From Octopus sinensis (taxonomy: Eukaryota), in assembly GCF_006345805.1 (NCBI RefSeq), contig NC_043007.1:6696001-6760000 (forward strand): a stretch of DNA of 64,000 nt, written 5' to 3'. Below are positions 26,958 through 40,851 of the stretch, in pieces (position 1 is the stretch's first letter; the number at the start of each line of letters is the position of its first letter). The position numbers and the translations under genes were made by a program. The notes under the pieces are model-generated. The model did no database searches. It was not told the origin of the DNA and worked only from the letters and a program-made list of their open reading frames with translations.

Positions 26958-27290
26958 ATTATATGGAGGAGAGGGAGCCCTCGTCGGTCATGGGTGACCA
27001 TGGGATAGCACATAGAATGTTACCCTCCGAGGCACAAGTCCGAGCAAGGTTTTTTATGGAAGGCCAGCATACCAGCCTCATCTCTCCACACCACTAATAT
27101 TATCCAAGGGAAAGGTAAAGGCCGATACAGCTAGGCACCAGTGTGCACGCAATTCATTTCTACAGCTGAGTTAACTGGAGCTACGTGAAATAAAGTGTCT
27201 TGCTCAAGAATGGAACACGCAACATGGTCCTGGAATCGAATTCACAGCCTCACGATCATAAATTCGAAGCTCAAACCACATTCTAATAGA
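26958..27290 (-). mobile_element. tRNA-derived SINE family C
   Basis: Minus-strand tRNA-like head (GAATTCGATTCC) followed by CTTGAGCAAGACACTTTATTTCACG..CTCCAGTTAACTCAGCTGTAGAAATG. Related copy at 55817. Confidence 0.7.
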
Positions 27291-28497
27291 CTGGGATACA
27301 AAGAAGGAGGTACAATAGTTACACTGCCATATACCTAATTTATTTCAGTCAGCTTTGCAGCACCCATAAATGCCTCTAGATTACGGGGGCAGCAATTTGC
27401 TGGCACACAACAAGAAAATAATTTCCCGTAAATCACTTCAAATTAAATGCCATCAGCATATTAACGTCGAGAATTTAATATAGTTCTCAGAACTCACAAC
27501 AGTAATTATATTCCGTGAAGTAATTGCTTTCACTATTATTTCTTCGTCGGCCATTTTGACAAATTAGCCATATTTTCTACTCTTTCATTCCATCTTAATG
27601 AATGAGAAGCAAAGATATCTAAATACAACTTCCAGAGGTTCATAACTTTATAACATCTTTGATAAACACAACAATTATTGCAAACTGAATATATTCACTT
27701 TTCGATTTTCAACAGCTTCCCAGTGCACAGCCAGACTTCCTCTCACTATATCTTACTATTCCCTGATCAGTTAAGTCTAGAATACTAATAGTTATCAAAA
27801 TTGATGACTCACATGTAAACTACGTGGTAATGCTGTATCGATTCCAGTTTATTACTGAAACCAAGTCTGAGTGAGACGTGTTTCAACAGGCTTCGCTTTC
27901 AAGTGAATATATTGTGTTTTCTCCTAAGTCATCGTTGCATTGACGTATCACACCACGGTGCGGCGAAAGATACTTAAGGAAAATCAATTTTAATCTTCAG
28001 ATGAATAACTTTAAAAGAATTCATTTGCATACAGATACAAGCGCATGCGCATGCACACTGACGAATATGTGTGCGTGTGTATATATATATGTGTCTGTGT
28101 GTATATATATACATATGTGTGCGTTTGTTTGTGAGCATTTCTTTCTCTCTTTCTCTCTTTCTCTCTATACATGCATATACATATATATATAATTTAAATA
28201 ATGAGGTTGATAAATTGAGTATTAATTTAATTAACATCAATTTAAAACCAGTAGCCTAGCATATACACAAATTCAGATAAATTGTAATACATGCGTATAA
28301 TAGAGTAGAGAAGACCGCTAAGTGGACATCCAATATGCTAGAAGAAGATCACCTGCGATCTAACTACAAAGAAAAGAATGTTCTCTAGAGAAATTCAGCA
28401 AACACCAGAACATAAGCGAGTAAGACAGATGGAAATAAACAAAATACTGAATTAATCGTAGACTGGTTTCGCCATCATCGATATTACGTAATTCTCG

Positions 28498-28558
<61 letters not shown>

Positions 28559-28689
28559 AGATATAAAAATAAATGCGCCATTTTAAACCCTAGCTAGGCT
28601 CATGGGGCCGGGTTCTCGGTTTCAATGGCGTATGTGTGTTACCCAGCTGGATATTTTTTTTATATATGGGGAAAAATCATATTAGTGAA

Positions 28690-29140
28690 ATCAGACAAGT
28701 CGAAGACAAAGTGCTGTATAAGATGAGGACAAACATAAAACACGGTGTGGGCAGGAATACGAAACTCGATTTTTCGCCGGATATCCAACATGAACAGTCA
28801 CGGCTTTGAGACAAAAGGCTGAGAGAGTGAATTGTTGGTTATCTGCAGAAGCAAATAGTTTGAAAGGGACAGGGAGTGCGGTACATGCGCAAATAACTGA
28901 CACTGGACCACTTCAAGTCCGCTGTCATTTTAGCACTATGTGGTGAACATAGCTGAGAGTAGTAGCTAAGGGGGCTGAGAACAAAGGTCCTCCACAGGGT
29001 CAGCAAAACTCCTTGGTCTCTTGTCTTCAAGGACCTTAATATCCATCCTGCCAGTAGTCTGCACTTTTCTTCCATCTTCGTAATGTGCATATGAAATGAT
29101 GCATCATCACAAATGCTGATCCTTAAGTCTCCCACTGCCT
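28690..29140 (-). mobile_element. CR1/L2-group LINE ORF2 fragment
   Basis: DLRISICDDASFHMHITK...AGWILRSLKTRD..VLLTLWRTFVLSPLSYYSQLCSP. Confidence 0.75.
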
Positions 29141-30010
29141 GTAACCCTGGGATTGGCGTGTCGACGGGTCCTGTGAAATCAGGCTGCTGATTACAATTAT
29201 ACTCATAATTATAGAATTTTCGTATAAGTTTACCGAAAATGGCTGTTTTAACATAATGAACTACTTGGTAAAATTATTAATTATTAATCAATTAATAAAT
29301 TTTACACTTTATTGTTTTTGATTATATATGTATATATATGTTTATATACATACATATATATATATATACATTTATATATATACATATATATATATAATGT
29401 TTGTGCGTGAATGTGTGTGAGTAGGTATGAGTATAAGTATGTGTGTATATATATATACATATATATATACATGCATATATATATATATATATATATATAT
29501 AATGTTTGTGCGTGATGTGTGTAAGTGGGTATGAGTATAAGTATGTGTTATATATATATATATATAGATATATATATATATATACATATATATAATTGGC
29601 GCCTGATGTGCTTCTTCCAGCTTGCCATAGATTCCATCTATGTCTACACGCATGTATTTGATTGCTTTTAATGTGTGTAAAAGTAAACTGTTCTACATAA
29701 AGATGCATTCGAGATAATAACGAATGTAAATGTAGTTGGAAGATTACGAGCGAAAGCATCAAACATAAAGAACAAAAGGAATTACAATTCAGAATTTTGA
29801 CAACTTAATGTAGGATCAGAATGGTAAGTAAAGGTGGTAGACCGAAGACGGAAATTGTTGATTGGAGGCAGAGAAAGTGAAGATAACGTTGTAAGGAAAA
29901 TGCCAAATTGTTACGTTGCAAATTTTGGAATCAAAGTTTAGCATTATTATATATATATATATATATATAACTCAGTGTGCCGCTGTATATAATGCATAGA
30001 TATAAGCATA

Positions 30011-30181
30011 GGCGCAGGAGTGGCTGTGTGGTAAGTAGCTTGCTTACCAACCACATGTTTCCGGGTTCAGTCCCACTGCGTGGCATCTTGGGCAAGTGTC
30101 TTCTGCTATAGCCTCGGGCCGACCAATGCCTTGTGAGTGGATTTGGTAGACGGAAATTGAAAGAAGCCTGTCGTATATATG

Positions 30182-30214
<33 letters not shown>

Positions 30215-30435
30215 ATGTGTATGTGTCGGTGTTTGTCCCCCTAGCATTGCTTGACAACCGATGCTGGTGTGTTTACTTCCCCGTCACTTAGTGGTTCGGC
30301 AAAAGGGACAAGTAGAATAAGTACTGGGCTTACAAAGAATAAGTCCCGGGGTCGATTTGCTCGACTAAAGGCGGTGCTCCAGCATGGCCGCAGTCAAACG
30401 GCTGAAACAAGAAAAAGAGTAAAAGAGTAAAAGAG
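30011..30435 (+). mobile_element. SINE family A, full length
   Basis: Near-identical to 5775-6185. Confidence 0.9.
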
Positions 30436-30529
30436 TATATGATATGTATGCGTAAGATGTTTATGGACGTACATGCTGGCGTGAATATCTGTTTGTGTTA
30501 TGCTTAAACTGTAATACATTATTAGTCTT

Positions 30530-30690
30530 ATAACATTGCTTCAGTATACCGGTCCACAAACATGTGAACGACACTCCTGTAGAAACAATACAGAAAACGC
30601 TATTGAGACAATTTATACCACCTTATATACAGGCCGCCGTCCATTCAGGTTTCTAAATTTGTCTTCCGGTGTTTTCAACTTTCCACCTTT
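30530..30690 (+). mobile_element. Decayed LINE 3' fragment
   Basis: Shares AGGCCGC.GTCCATTCAGG with 32160-32440 (minus strand). Confidence 0.3.
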
Positions 30691-30711
30691 TACATATATA
30701 TATATATATAA

Positions 30712-30905
30712 TGACTGCAGCCATGCTGGAGCACCGCCTTAAAGCGTTTTTAGCCGAAGAAATCGACCCCAGTACTTATACTTTGTAAGTCTAGTACTTA
30801 TTCTATCAGTCAGTTTTGCCGAACCGCTATGTTACCGGGGCGTAAACACACCAGCATCGGTTGTCAAGCGTTGATGTTGATGGGGGAACAAACACACACG
30901 CAAAG
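30712..30905 (-). mobile_element. SINE family A 3' half
   Basis: Reverse complement of ...GCTTGACAACCGATGCTGGTGTGTTTACG...AAGGCGGTGCTCCAGCATGGC. Confidence 0.8.
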
Positions 30906-31115
30906 ACACGCGGATACATAACTATATGTATGCATATATATATATATATTAATAATATATACATATATATAATCATCACATCATCATCATCGTCGTCGTT
31001 TAACGTCCGCTTTCCATGCTGGCATGGGTTGGACGGTGCAACTGGGTCTGGGAAGCCACAAGGCTGCACAAGACCCAGTCTGATCTGGCAATGTTTCTAC
31101 GGCTGGATGTCCTTC

Positions 31116-31157
<42 letters not shown>

Positions 31158-31158
<1 letters not shown>

Positions 31159-31390
31159 AAGGAAATGAAGAAAATGCTGACAAAATAATTTAATAAGGGA
31201 GAGTGTATTTAATTAGATGAAAGTTTTTTTCCCGGTTGCGTAAATATCTATCAGAGAGGAACTCAATCTCTCTTAAAAAATATCTTTTGATAAGCATAAT
31301 AAATGCGCAACCGGTAAAAAGAACTTTCACCTAATTAAATACACTCTCCCTTACTTAAATTATTTTGTCAGCATTTTCTTCATTTCCTTT
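31158..31390. mobile_element. Foldback MITE-like element with about 83-bp TIRs, in (TA)n
   Basis: Arms 31158-31240 and 31306-31390 are nearly identical reverse complements; 65-nt spacer. Confidence 0.7.
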
Positions 31391-31479
31391 TTTATATATC
31401 ACAAATCGTGTTCCACATCTCCTTTTTTAAATATATATATATATATATAGGTGTGTGGGTATGTGTTTGGTGTTTGTGC

Positions 31480-31528
<49 letters not shown>

Positions 31529-31543
31529 CATTTTGTGCAGTAA

Positions 31544-31720
31544 GCGCAGGAGTGGCTGTGTGGTACGTAGCTTGTCTACCAACCACATGGTTCCGGGTTC
31601 AGTCCCACTGCGTGGCACCTTGGGCAATGTCTTCTACTATAGCCTCGGCCGACCAAAGCCTTGTGAGTGGATTGGTAGACGGAAACTGAAAGAAGCCCGT
31701 CGTATATATGTATATATATT

Positions 31721-31751
<31 letters not shown>

Positions 31752-31970
31752 GCGTGTGTGTGTTTTGTGTGTCTGTATTTGTCCCCCTAGCATTGCTTGA
31801 CAACCGATGCTGGTGGTGTTATATGTCCCTGTTACTTAGCGGTTCGGCAAAAGAGACCGATAAAATAAGTACTGGGCTTACAAAAGAATAAGTCCCGGGG
31901 TCGAGTTGCTCGACTAAAGGCGGTGCTCCAGCATGGCCGCAGTCAAATGACTGAAACAAGTAAAAGAGAG
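31544..31970 (+). mobile_element. SINE family A, full length
   Basis: Near-identical to 5775-6185. Confidence 0.9.
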
Positions 31971-32159
31971 AAAGAGAGAGATACATGCATGTAAATATAT
32001 CTATATATATACACACATACATACACGCATATATATATATGTATATTTTCATTAATACACATATTCTCTCTCTATATATGTGTGTGCGTGTGTGTGTGCG
32101 TGTGTGCGTGTGTGTGCGTGTGTGGTGTGTGTGTGTGTAGCTCTACACAATCTTCCTGT

Positions 32160-32440
32160 TCTGTCATATGGCATAACAAGCTAGAACAGAACGATGGAAT
32201 GGGAGAATGTATCATAAAAGACTTGGAGAAAGTAGATGTAAAAGATGGAAGGTTTTGAAAACACCAGAAGAGAAATGGATAAAATAGAAAATAAGGTGGA
32301 AAGTTAGAGTTATGTTCTCTTTGATCGTAAATTTAGGAGCCTGAATGGACAGCGGCCTATAGTCATTGATACAGCGGTTGAATCCGGAGAACGGGGTGGT
32401 ATGCTCCAATTCGCCAGATGAGACTTAACCATGTGTTCAC
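32160..32440 (-). mobile_element. Decayed CR1/L2-like LINE 3' fragment
   Basis: CINDYRPLSIQAPKF resembles the SL.F.GPQLFN region of 37245-37635. Confidence 0.35.
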
Positions 32441-32578
32441 ACCAACTGATATTTCAGATCTGAATTCAGCAGTGGAAGAGGATGTAAAACGTACATATAT
32501 ACAAACACACACTCACACGCACACACACACACATACAGAAACATACACACACACAAACACACACACACACACACACAC

Positions 32579-32616
<38 letters not shown>

Positions 32617-32617
<1 letters not shown>

Positions 32618-32660
32618 GACTTGGTATTTGCTTTTGAGCCAAATTAACTAACTAACTAAC
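32617..32660 (+). mobile_element. Extreme 3' tip of the CR1-like element at 15235-15857
   Basis: TATTTGCTTTTGAGCCAAATTAACTAACTAACTAA identical to 15820-15854. Confidence 0.75.
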
Positions 32661-32849
32661 ATATATATATACATACACATACACAGACACACACATACAC
32701 ACACACACACACACACATACACACACACATATATATATATATACATGGCTATCTATCTATCTATCTATCTAGATCCATAGGTAGATAGATAGATAATAGA
32801 TAGAAAGAGATAGATAGATAGAAAGATAGATAGATAGATATATATATAT

Positions 32850-33634
32850 GTTTCTTTATTAGCCACACAGGGCTGCACACAGATAGAACAAATTACAAGG
32901 TAGAGCTTTTCTTTTGAAGGTTTAAAAAAAAAAAAAAAGGAAGGGAGAGTTTCGATCAAAAGGGATCGTAAAAGGAGAGAAAGAGGACAAAAAAAGGGGG
33001 TTAAAAAAAAAGGGGGAGAGGAAAAAAAAATTGATCAATAGGGATCGTTATCACAGAAATGTCAATATGAAGTGTAAAGGGGAGGACAGGTGAGGTTTAC
33101 CCGTGGAAAGAAAAGCCTACGGAAAAGACCACGGTAACCTCGGTCAATGAAGTCACATTTTATATTTCTTTTTTTTTTTTTTTTTGCAAATAAGCAACTC
33201 TCTGTTTTCGATTTCTGGGTTCTTAGACTATGCTCAAGGTGGCTTCGTCATTCATACGTGCCATTCTTGCTACATTCACCCATCTTTTTTTAAAACATTC
33301 GCTAGACAAAACTTGCCTCTCTACTCTCACTTTCCTTTTCAAGTGGTACTTGAAGAAGTTTATGAGAGATTGACCAGAGAGAAAGTGTTTGTCTCCAATC
33401 CTTTCAGACGCGTCCACCAGATACATTCTTTCGCCATAGCCACAAGGATGATGAAAATAGCTCTTCCTTCCCGTTTGAAGGAAGGAGGCGTGACAATATT
33501 GACGATAGACTCAGCTGATAAACCGACTCGTCCCACACGTGACAGCAGTTGTTCGACATAAGCCCACAGGTCGGAAATTGTTGGACACTGAACGAGTGCG
33601 TGCAGAACGGTTTCGTCGCTCTGACCGCATCTCG
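32850..33634 (-). mobile_element. L1/Tx1-clade LINE 3' end (zf-RVT region plus 3' UTR) inside a (GATA)n array
   Basis: RCGQSDETVLHALVQCPTISDLWAYV...AKECIWWTR...KRW; stop at 33223; AATAAA at 32860-32855. Confidence 0.8.
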
Positions 33635-33644
33635 AGATAGAAAG

Positions 33645-33728
<84 letters not shown>

Positions 33729-34373
33729 TTTCTGGCATAGATATGCAATACTTTATTGACTGTTTCTCTATTATTATTAAAAACAAAAACGAAATTCTAA
33801 ACTGATGCTCTTACAGAGAGCAAAGCAATGAAACTTCCAGGTTTTGACGAGTTTCTTCAAATAAACGATTGTGGCCAACAGTAAGGCGAACTGAATTATT
33901 CTGATCAGATAGTTTTTCCTTGACCTTAATATTTATATGATGTGCTTAATATTGGTTTGTCTCTTTTAATCATGTTTCTCTTTAGCTCCTGTCGACTCGC
34001 TCGCTCGACACGTAACTGTCTAGTTTACTTAACGTGCCATCAATTATCATTATAACAGATGCATTTAAACCAAACATATTCTTTCTTTTCCTGTATATTC
34101 TCTTTCTATATATTATATATATATATATTTTACTTTCTCTACATTTCTCCTTCTATAATTGCTGTCACGCCCAGGTTCTCTGTCACTCCCTGATTTCATT
34201 TTCTCTGTACACACGCACACATACACACACATGCACACACAAACATGCACAAACACACACACAAAAAACACATACATAAACAACACACACACACGTGCAC
34301 TCACACTCACACAAACATATCGCTACACACATTACAAACACATACACATGCACGCACGCACACACACACACAC

Positions 34374-34432
<59 letters not shown>

Positions 34433-34437
34433 TATAT

Positions 34438-34482
<45 letters not shown>

Positions 34483-34614
34483 GCGTCGGTTCATTATTAC
34501 CCCGTGGTCATTGGTGTTGTTATCTGTGTTATTATTTGGGAAGATAATCGTATTCTTTATTGATATTACTCTGATATTCTTTATTCTTTATTGATATTAT
34601 TCTGATATTGACAA

Positions 34615-34745
34615 ATTCCGATGAGGTCGACTTTGTCTTTTATCATTTCTGTGTCGACAAATTAAGGACCAGTTCAGCACTGGGGCCGATGTAATCGACT
34701 CGTCCCCAACTTCTAAATTTGGGGCTTTGTGGCTATAGCAGAAAG
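34615..34745 (+). mobile_element. SINE family B partial
   Basis: AAATTCCGATGAGGTCGACTTTG...CACTGGGGCCGATGTAATCGACT. Confidence 0.65.
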
Positions 34746-34779
34746 GATATTGATAAAGTTGATGCTGTCACCTTCATTA

Positions 34780-34897
34780 TAATGCCCAAGGTACCACTGC
34801 ATGGCATCTTAGGCAAGTATCTTCTACTCTCGCCTCAGACTACCAAGACTTTTGAGTGGTTTCGTAGACAGAACTGAAATAACCCACTCGTGTGTGT

Positions 34898-34981
<84 letters not shown>

Positions 34982-35115
34982 TATATATATACAGATAGAA
35001 AGATAGATATACATACATACATGCATATACATATATATACATACATCGTTATGTATGCGTGAGTCTTTGTGTCTGTGTTTGCCTCCCCCACCCCCATCAA
35101 CGCTTGACAACCTTT
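34780..35115 (+). mobile_element. SINE family A, degenerate
   Basis: CCACTGCATGGCATCTTAGGCAAG...(TA)n...CGCTTGACAACC. Confidence 0.6.
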
Positions 35116-35159
35116 GTTGGTGATGTAAATTCGGAACCATGTTCTTGGGAAGCAAGTTT

Positions 35160-35271
<112 letters not shown>

Positions 35272-35340
35272 CAGACTGATAGATAGATAGATAGATAGAT
35301 AGATATATATATATATAAAGATAGAGATATATATCATCTT

Positions 35341-35416
<76 letters not shown>

Positions 35417-35490
35417 TTATATACATATACATATATATTTATACATATATGTGTGTGAGTGTGTACGTGTATATGTATATATACTTATAT

Positions 35491-35528
<38 letters not shown>

Positions 35529-35536
35529 AATATACT

Positions 35537-35581
<45 letters not shown>

Positions 35582-36476
35582 TAATATAATATATATCATA
35601 TATATTTGTATGCACATATACCGCCATACGTACGTGTCACCGAAGTTAACGTGCACTCCTACATAATCAGATTAGCGAAAGAAAACGAATAATTATTGTG
35701 ACAGGAAACGACACTGCAGCAAGCTGCACCTTGACGGTATTTAGCGAAGGAAAAGAAGGATGCCAGAGACCGCCGTCTTTATCTCTTTAATCAGGTTAGC
35801 GAATCTTTGAACGTTCTCTAGAACATATCCAACTTTTAATCTTTCTGGTGCCAGGATTTGTCAATTACTTAAACATATTCTGGTACATGTTGTCATAACA
35901 ATGGTTTCATGTTTATTTATAGAACCAGATACCAGTAACTGAGATGCAGAACATTTCATCATGACAGACAACGTGTTTGTCGCTTTTCTGATGTAACAAG
36001 TTTTCCAATAATACTGACTTCTCCTTTTTACCAACTGATATGTCTATGTGAGGTGGGGTGCTTATTTATGTATATACGTGTGTGGGGAAACAATTTGGCT
36101 TTCCCTCATTTGCGACGATGCGTATTCAGTTTTTCGATAAACTGAATAACTTGCTCATTAAACGAAGAGTTCAGTGGCGGAACATTACACGGAAATACTG
36201 CGTGTTCGTGTTCAATGAACACAGTTCTCCGGTAGAATCAACTTGATATATTATGGGACAATGGAGTAAAGTTGAATTAGACGCTCAATCCATAAGCAGG
36301 GCTTCTATAAATTACTCCTTGGATTCTACTTATATACTAAGGAGTAGAATCCAGGTTGTATAAAGCAATATTTTCTGACGATATCCTGCAATGATAATAT
36401 ATCTGTGACTTTGCTGTTCAGAATCAAGCTCTCCGACCATTCGATCAAACTGCGACTATGCTTATCTGTTCGTGTT

Positions 36477-36515
<39 letters not shown>

Positions 36516-36589
36516 GTGTGCAGACAGGTATATACATATGTATTTATGGATGGATATTCATTTCACACACACATGCACATTCGCTCCAG

Positions 36590-37130
36590 GATCGGCTGAA
36601 ACGTTCACATGCTGATTAAGTTACTCTCACTTAATATGACCAAATGAGGTTTATTTTTTAACAAATTCTCCCTGCGAACCTCAGATTCTTCAACTCATGT
36701 TGCAATGCTTGCATTTCCATTCATGATGAAAATGTCATCCTGTTGGTCAAAAAGGTTATCAACAACAGAGATGAACTTATCAACACTACGATAGTGGATC
36801 CCACCCAAGTGTTATTTTCTTGGAAATTACTGTCCAGATGAAATAAGACCCTTTCCTCAGTTTTATTGGTTGTTTCATTTTGGTACAGAGTCATTACAGC
36901 CACAGGAATTTGGCATAGTACTCTCCATTGTTGGTCCTTTTGAAGATAGTCAATAAGCACAATGCCTTTTGCATCCGAAAAGAACTGATGCCGTCGCCTA
37001 CTCTGCAAATAAAATGACACTGGATTTCTTTGGATCAGGAGAAGTGAGTGGGGGTTCCACTGCATGGATTGTCTCTTTGTATCTGGCTTAAAAGGATGAA
37101 ACCGACGACACGGAAGCTGACTTAAGAAAC
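36590..37130 (-). mobile_element. Decayed mariner transposase fragment
   Basis: FFSDAKGIVLIDYLQK...GEYYA, the mariner catalytic-domain segment, with frameshifts. Confidence 0.6.
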
Positions 37131-37244
37131 GTTCATAGAAACCAGCTGGGAAACCTCAAACAGTGCCAGATTTTCCCGTGATGTGATCCGTCTCATCGCG
37201 TTTTTAATTCGAAGTCAGCAGAAACCTTCGTCAGGTCAAGTTCG

Positions 37245-37635
37245 TTGTGCAGAATATTCTCAACACTCTTACGGGATATTTTAATAGCATTGGCGATGTG
37301 ATTTATAGTCTCTCACCTGTCATTCATCAGCATCTAGTGAATACGATCGGTGTTTCCTTTGCTGGCGGCAGGTGCAGGTCGTCCAAGCCTTTGCCATACA
37401 GGACCAAATACTTCATCTGCTTGGGCTTCAAGTGTCCACAGCTCTTCAACATCCTCCGAAAACGCATGAGAGACCTGCATGAGGTAGGTGTAGGCTTCTT
37501 CAAATCGAAGCAGGATTTCCTCGTGTCAGGAGTTGCGGTTGAACCTACCTCGAGACAGGGAATGCAAATGAGGACATTGACATCAAACTCCCTCATTACA
37601 CATATGTCACATATCAGAGGAAGTTTCAAGCAGTG
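37245..37635 (+). mobile_element. CR1/L2-group LINE ORF2 C-terminus
   Basis: GRRCR...LGFKCPQLFNIL...FKSKQDFLVSGVAVEPT...SNSLI. Confidence 0.7.
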
Positions 37636-37726
37636 AAAGTGTACCAAAGCTAACGGCGGTGTCCCATCATGGCCGCAGCTCTCGAGTTTTGAAACTAGCA
37701 AAGAAAAATATGTTTACGTACACATA

Positions 37727-38139
37727 GGGGCAGGAGTGGCTGTGTGGTAAGTAGCTTGCTAACCAACCACATGATTCCGGGTTCAGTCCCACTGCGTGGC
37801 ATCTTGGGCAAGTGTCTTCTGCTATAGCCCCGGGCTGACCAATGCCTTGTGAGTGGATTTAGTAGACGGAAACTGAAAGAAGCCTGTCGTATATATGTAT
37901 ATATATATAAATATATGTGTATGTGTGTGTGTTTGTGTGTGTGTGTTGTCCCCCTAGCATTGCTTGACAACCTATGCTGGTGTGTTTACGTCCCCGTCAC
38001 TTAGCGGTTCGGCAAAAGAAACCGATAGAATAAGTACTGGGCTTACAAAGAATAAGTCCCGGGGTCGATTTGCTTCACTAAAAGCAGTGCTCCAGCATGG
38101 CCGCAGTCAAATGACTGAAACAAGTAAAAGAGTAAAGAG
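37727..38139 (+). mobile_element. SINE family A, full length
   Basis: Near-identical to 5775-6185. Confidence 0.9.
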
Positions 38140-39198
38140 TATACACACGGATACGAGCATTCCGCGTAATTTCCGTCAACCGAATTCCCATGAAAAGACT
38201 GCAGTGGTAATCATTAACGTTAATTACACTCAACAGGAATTTAATCCAGAAGTTCTTTCTTCCAAGCTTCTTAACAGCAACACTAGCAATCTTTCCTCCT
38301 TCAAAATTCTTAATATCTAATCTTTGCTTTTTGAATGGTGAGCAATAATCCTTTAATAATTTCTGATTTTGGGGCCCATTAAACATATAATTTTGCTATT
38401 TTAGCTCTTTTTCTTCTATTAGATTATATGACCAAGTGGTCAAATGATTGCATAATAAAAAAAATCGTTTTGACAATTTTGAGGTCCGACATTAGATTTG
38501 TAGTGCTCAACATGCTGAATATCTTCCCTTCTTCAATAATCTCAGGATGATGCCAGCGTTGTTAGCCAAGTAACCTAGCTAAAATTTGGATGGAATCCTG
38601 TACGTTAAACTGTATTCTGTATACCTAAACATCAATATAAGTTTAAGAAAACTCAGATCAGAACATGTATCTACGGTGCACTCAGGTACTTAAACTAAAA
38701 ATATTAAAAACATATTAATGGAAAAATTAATTTTCTTCTAAACCTACACATGTTCCTAAGAGCAAAGAATTTGTTTTCCCGTTCCATACAACTACATGCC
38801 AATGTAGATAATTCTATTTATACGGTGTTTCAATAATTCCATATTTCAATTCAAAAGTTTTGTTTGCATATTTTTTTTTACCTGGAGTCTAAACATTGTT
38901 GAGATTTTCCAAATAAAAAAGATAATTGTCGTATGTATATCATAGAAAAAGGTGAAAAGGTGGAAAACATATTATGTCCATGCTACCTGATATATTATAT
39001 AATATAAATTTATGTTTATAGATGGGTGTATATGGAATGCGTGAGCGATTGTGTATCATTATGTATGTATGTATGTATGTTGTATGTATGTATGTATAAT
39101 ATATATATTATATATATATATATAATACTTTAATTGTTCCACGTCCTCGCGTTGCTGTTTTTTTCTCTTTTTTCTGTGTTTTCTTTTTGGATTAACTA

Positions 39199-39233
<35 letters not shown>

Positions 39234-40681
39234 TCAAAGATAAAGTCAATGTATATGTGTATATGTGAATGTATTACTCTAATAGATTGTATTATAGAAG
39301 GTATTGTTATGCCTTTTGCGATCGATAAAGTATATTACATCATTAATTTTCTTTCTTCGTCTTCAAATTTCTTCATTTCCATTGAACACACATTAACAGC
39401 GGGATTTCAAGATAACAATGATAATTCAACACATACCTAAGGAATATTCAGTCTATTTGACAACGCTACTGCGGGAAATAGCATAAAACATTCATAACCC
39501 GAGAGTCGTATCACACACTTTGATCTCACATGAAAGGAACGTTTACATTAAAATAGTGTTAAAAGAAAGAAAATATGCTATTGTTCCATAGAATTACGGA
39601 GTTGCTTTTCTGCGAGCGTATCTCATTATCCACATTTCACATAGTTGTTACAAAATGCACGCTGATAATCTATAAATGTATCCGCTGGGTTTTTTTCTTG
39701 TATGAACGTGGAATATCGCACGAAATATTCTTCACAAAACTAATTTCCCAAATCCACCATGAGGTGCCCCCCCACCCCCATATCTTAAAAAAGAAGAAAT
39801 ATTTGTAAGCGAAATTGGTTTAATAAGAATATTTATGCTATTTGCTCGGGCACCAATTGATATTAAAAGTATTTATTTATATATACACATAAACACAGAC
39901 ATATATGTATATATATATACTTGCATATTCATATATACATAAATATTTGCATATATATATATATATGTGTGTGTATGCATATATATATATACACACATAC
40001 ATATACATATATCTATATATATATATATATACATATAGATACATACACACACACATACACACACATACACACACACATACACACACACACAAATGTATAT
40101 ATATATACATATATACACGTGTGTATGCGTGTGGGTGTGGAGTTAAATAATCCGATCCTACATAGTTATTCCATTACACTTTTAGACAGATTTTGTACGC
40201 TAAAACATAGTTATAGCAAAAATATTACACATCTCTTTTTGACTGTTTGTATATCTGTCGTCTTTATCTGTTTCTCTGTCTCTGTCTATCTCCGTCTGTC
40301 TGTCTCTCTCCATGTCTCTCTCTCTTTATTTCATATATATATATATATATAATATATATATATATACTCACACACAATTTGATAACTGGTTATGTATTGA
40401 GTCAGCAATTTGTAAGTATATACCAAACTAGTGTATAAATCTGTATGTACTTTTGTGAGTATATATTTGTTGTTATACATTGATTATACACTGTAGCGCC
40501 TTCACTGGCCTGGCCTTGGTACTTTCATTATTTAATGCTAATAATACTTCGTTGATTTATATATACATGTATATATACACACACATACATATAAATACAT
40601 AAATATATATATATACACACATACATATATATATATGCATACATACACACACAGAGACTCACGCACACTCCCAAACCCCAA

Positions 40682-40724
<43 letters not shown>

Positions 40725-40851
40725 ATACATTTGTACACAGAGAACACTTAGCCGAAAATGTCATGGAAACTGATATTGAGCTCTCCGTAACTAGTCAAGT
40801 CCACATAAACCTCTTTTAAATTTCAAAATAACGGAAATACATTCTAGTACG

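Noticed and set aside
27813-27854. 42-nt minus-strand mini-exon (TTTCAG / GTGAGT, NKLESIQHYHVVY)
   Set aside because: The splice sites are good but it is too short, its phase does not link to the other candidates, and such hits are expected by chance.
36311-36352. Two overlapping alternative short hairpins
   Set aside because: The stems are only 8-10 bp and plausible by chance in AT-rich DNA.
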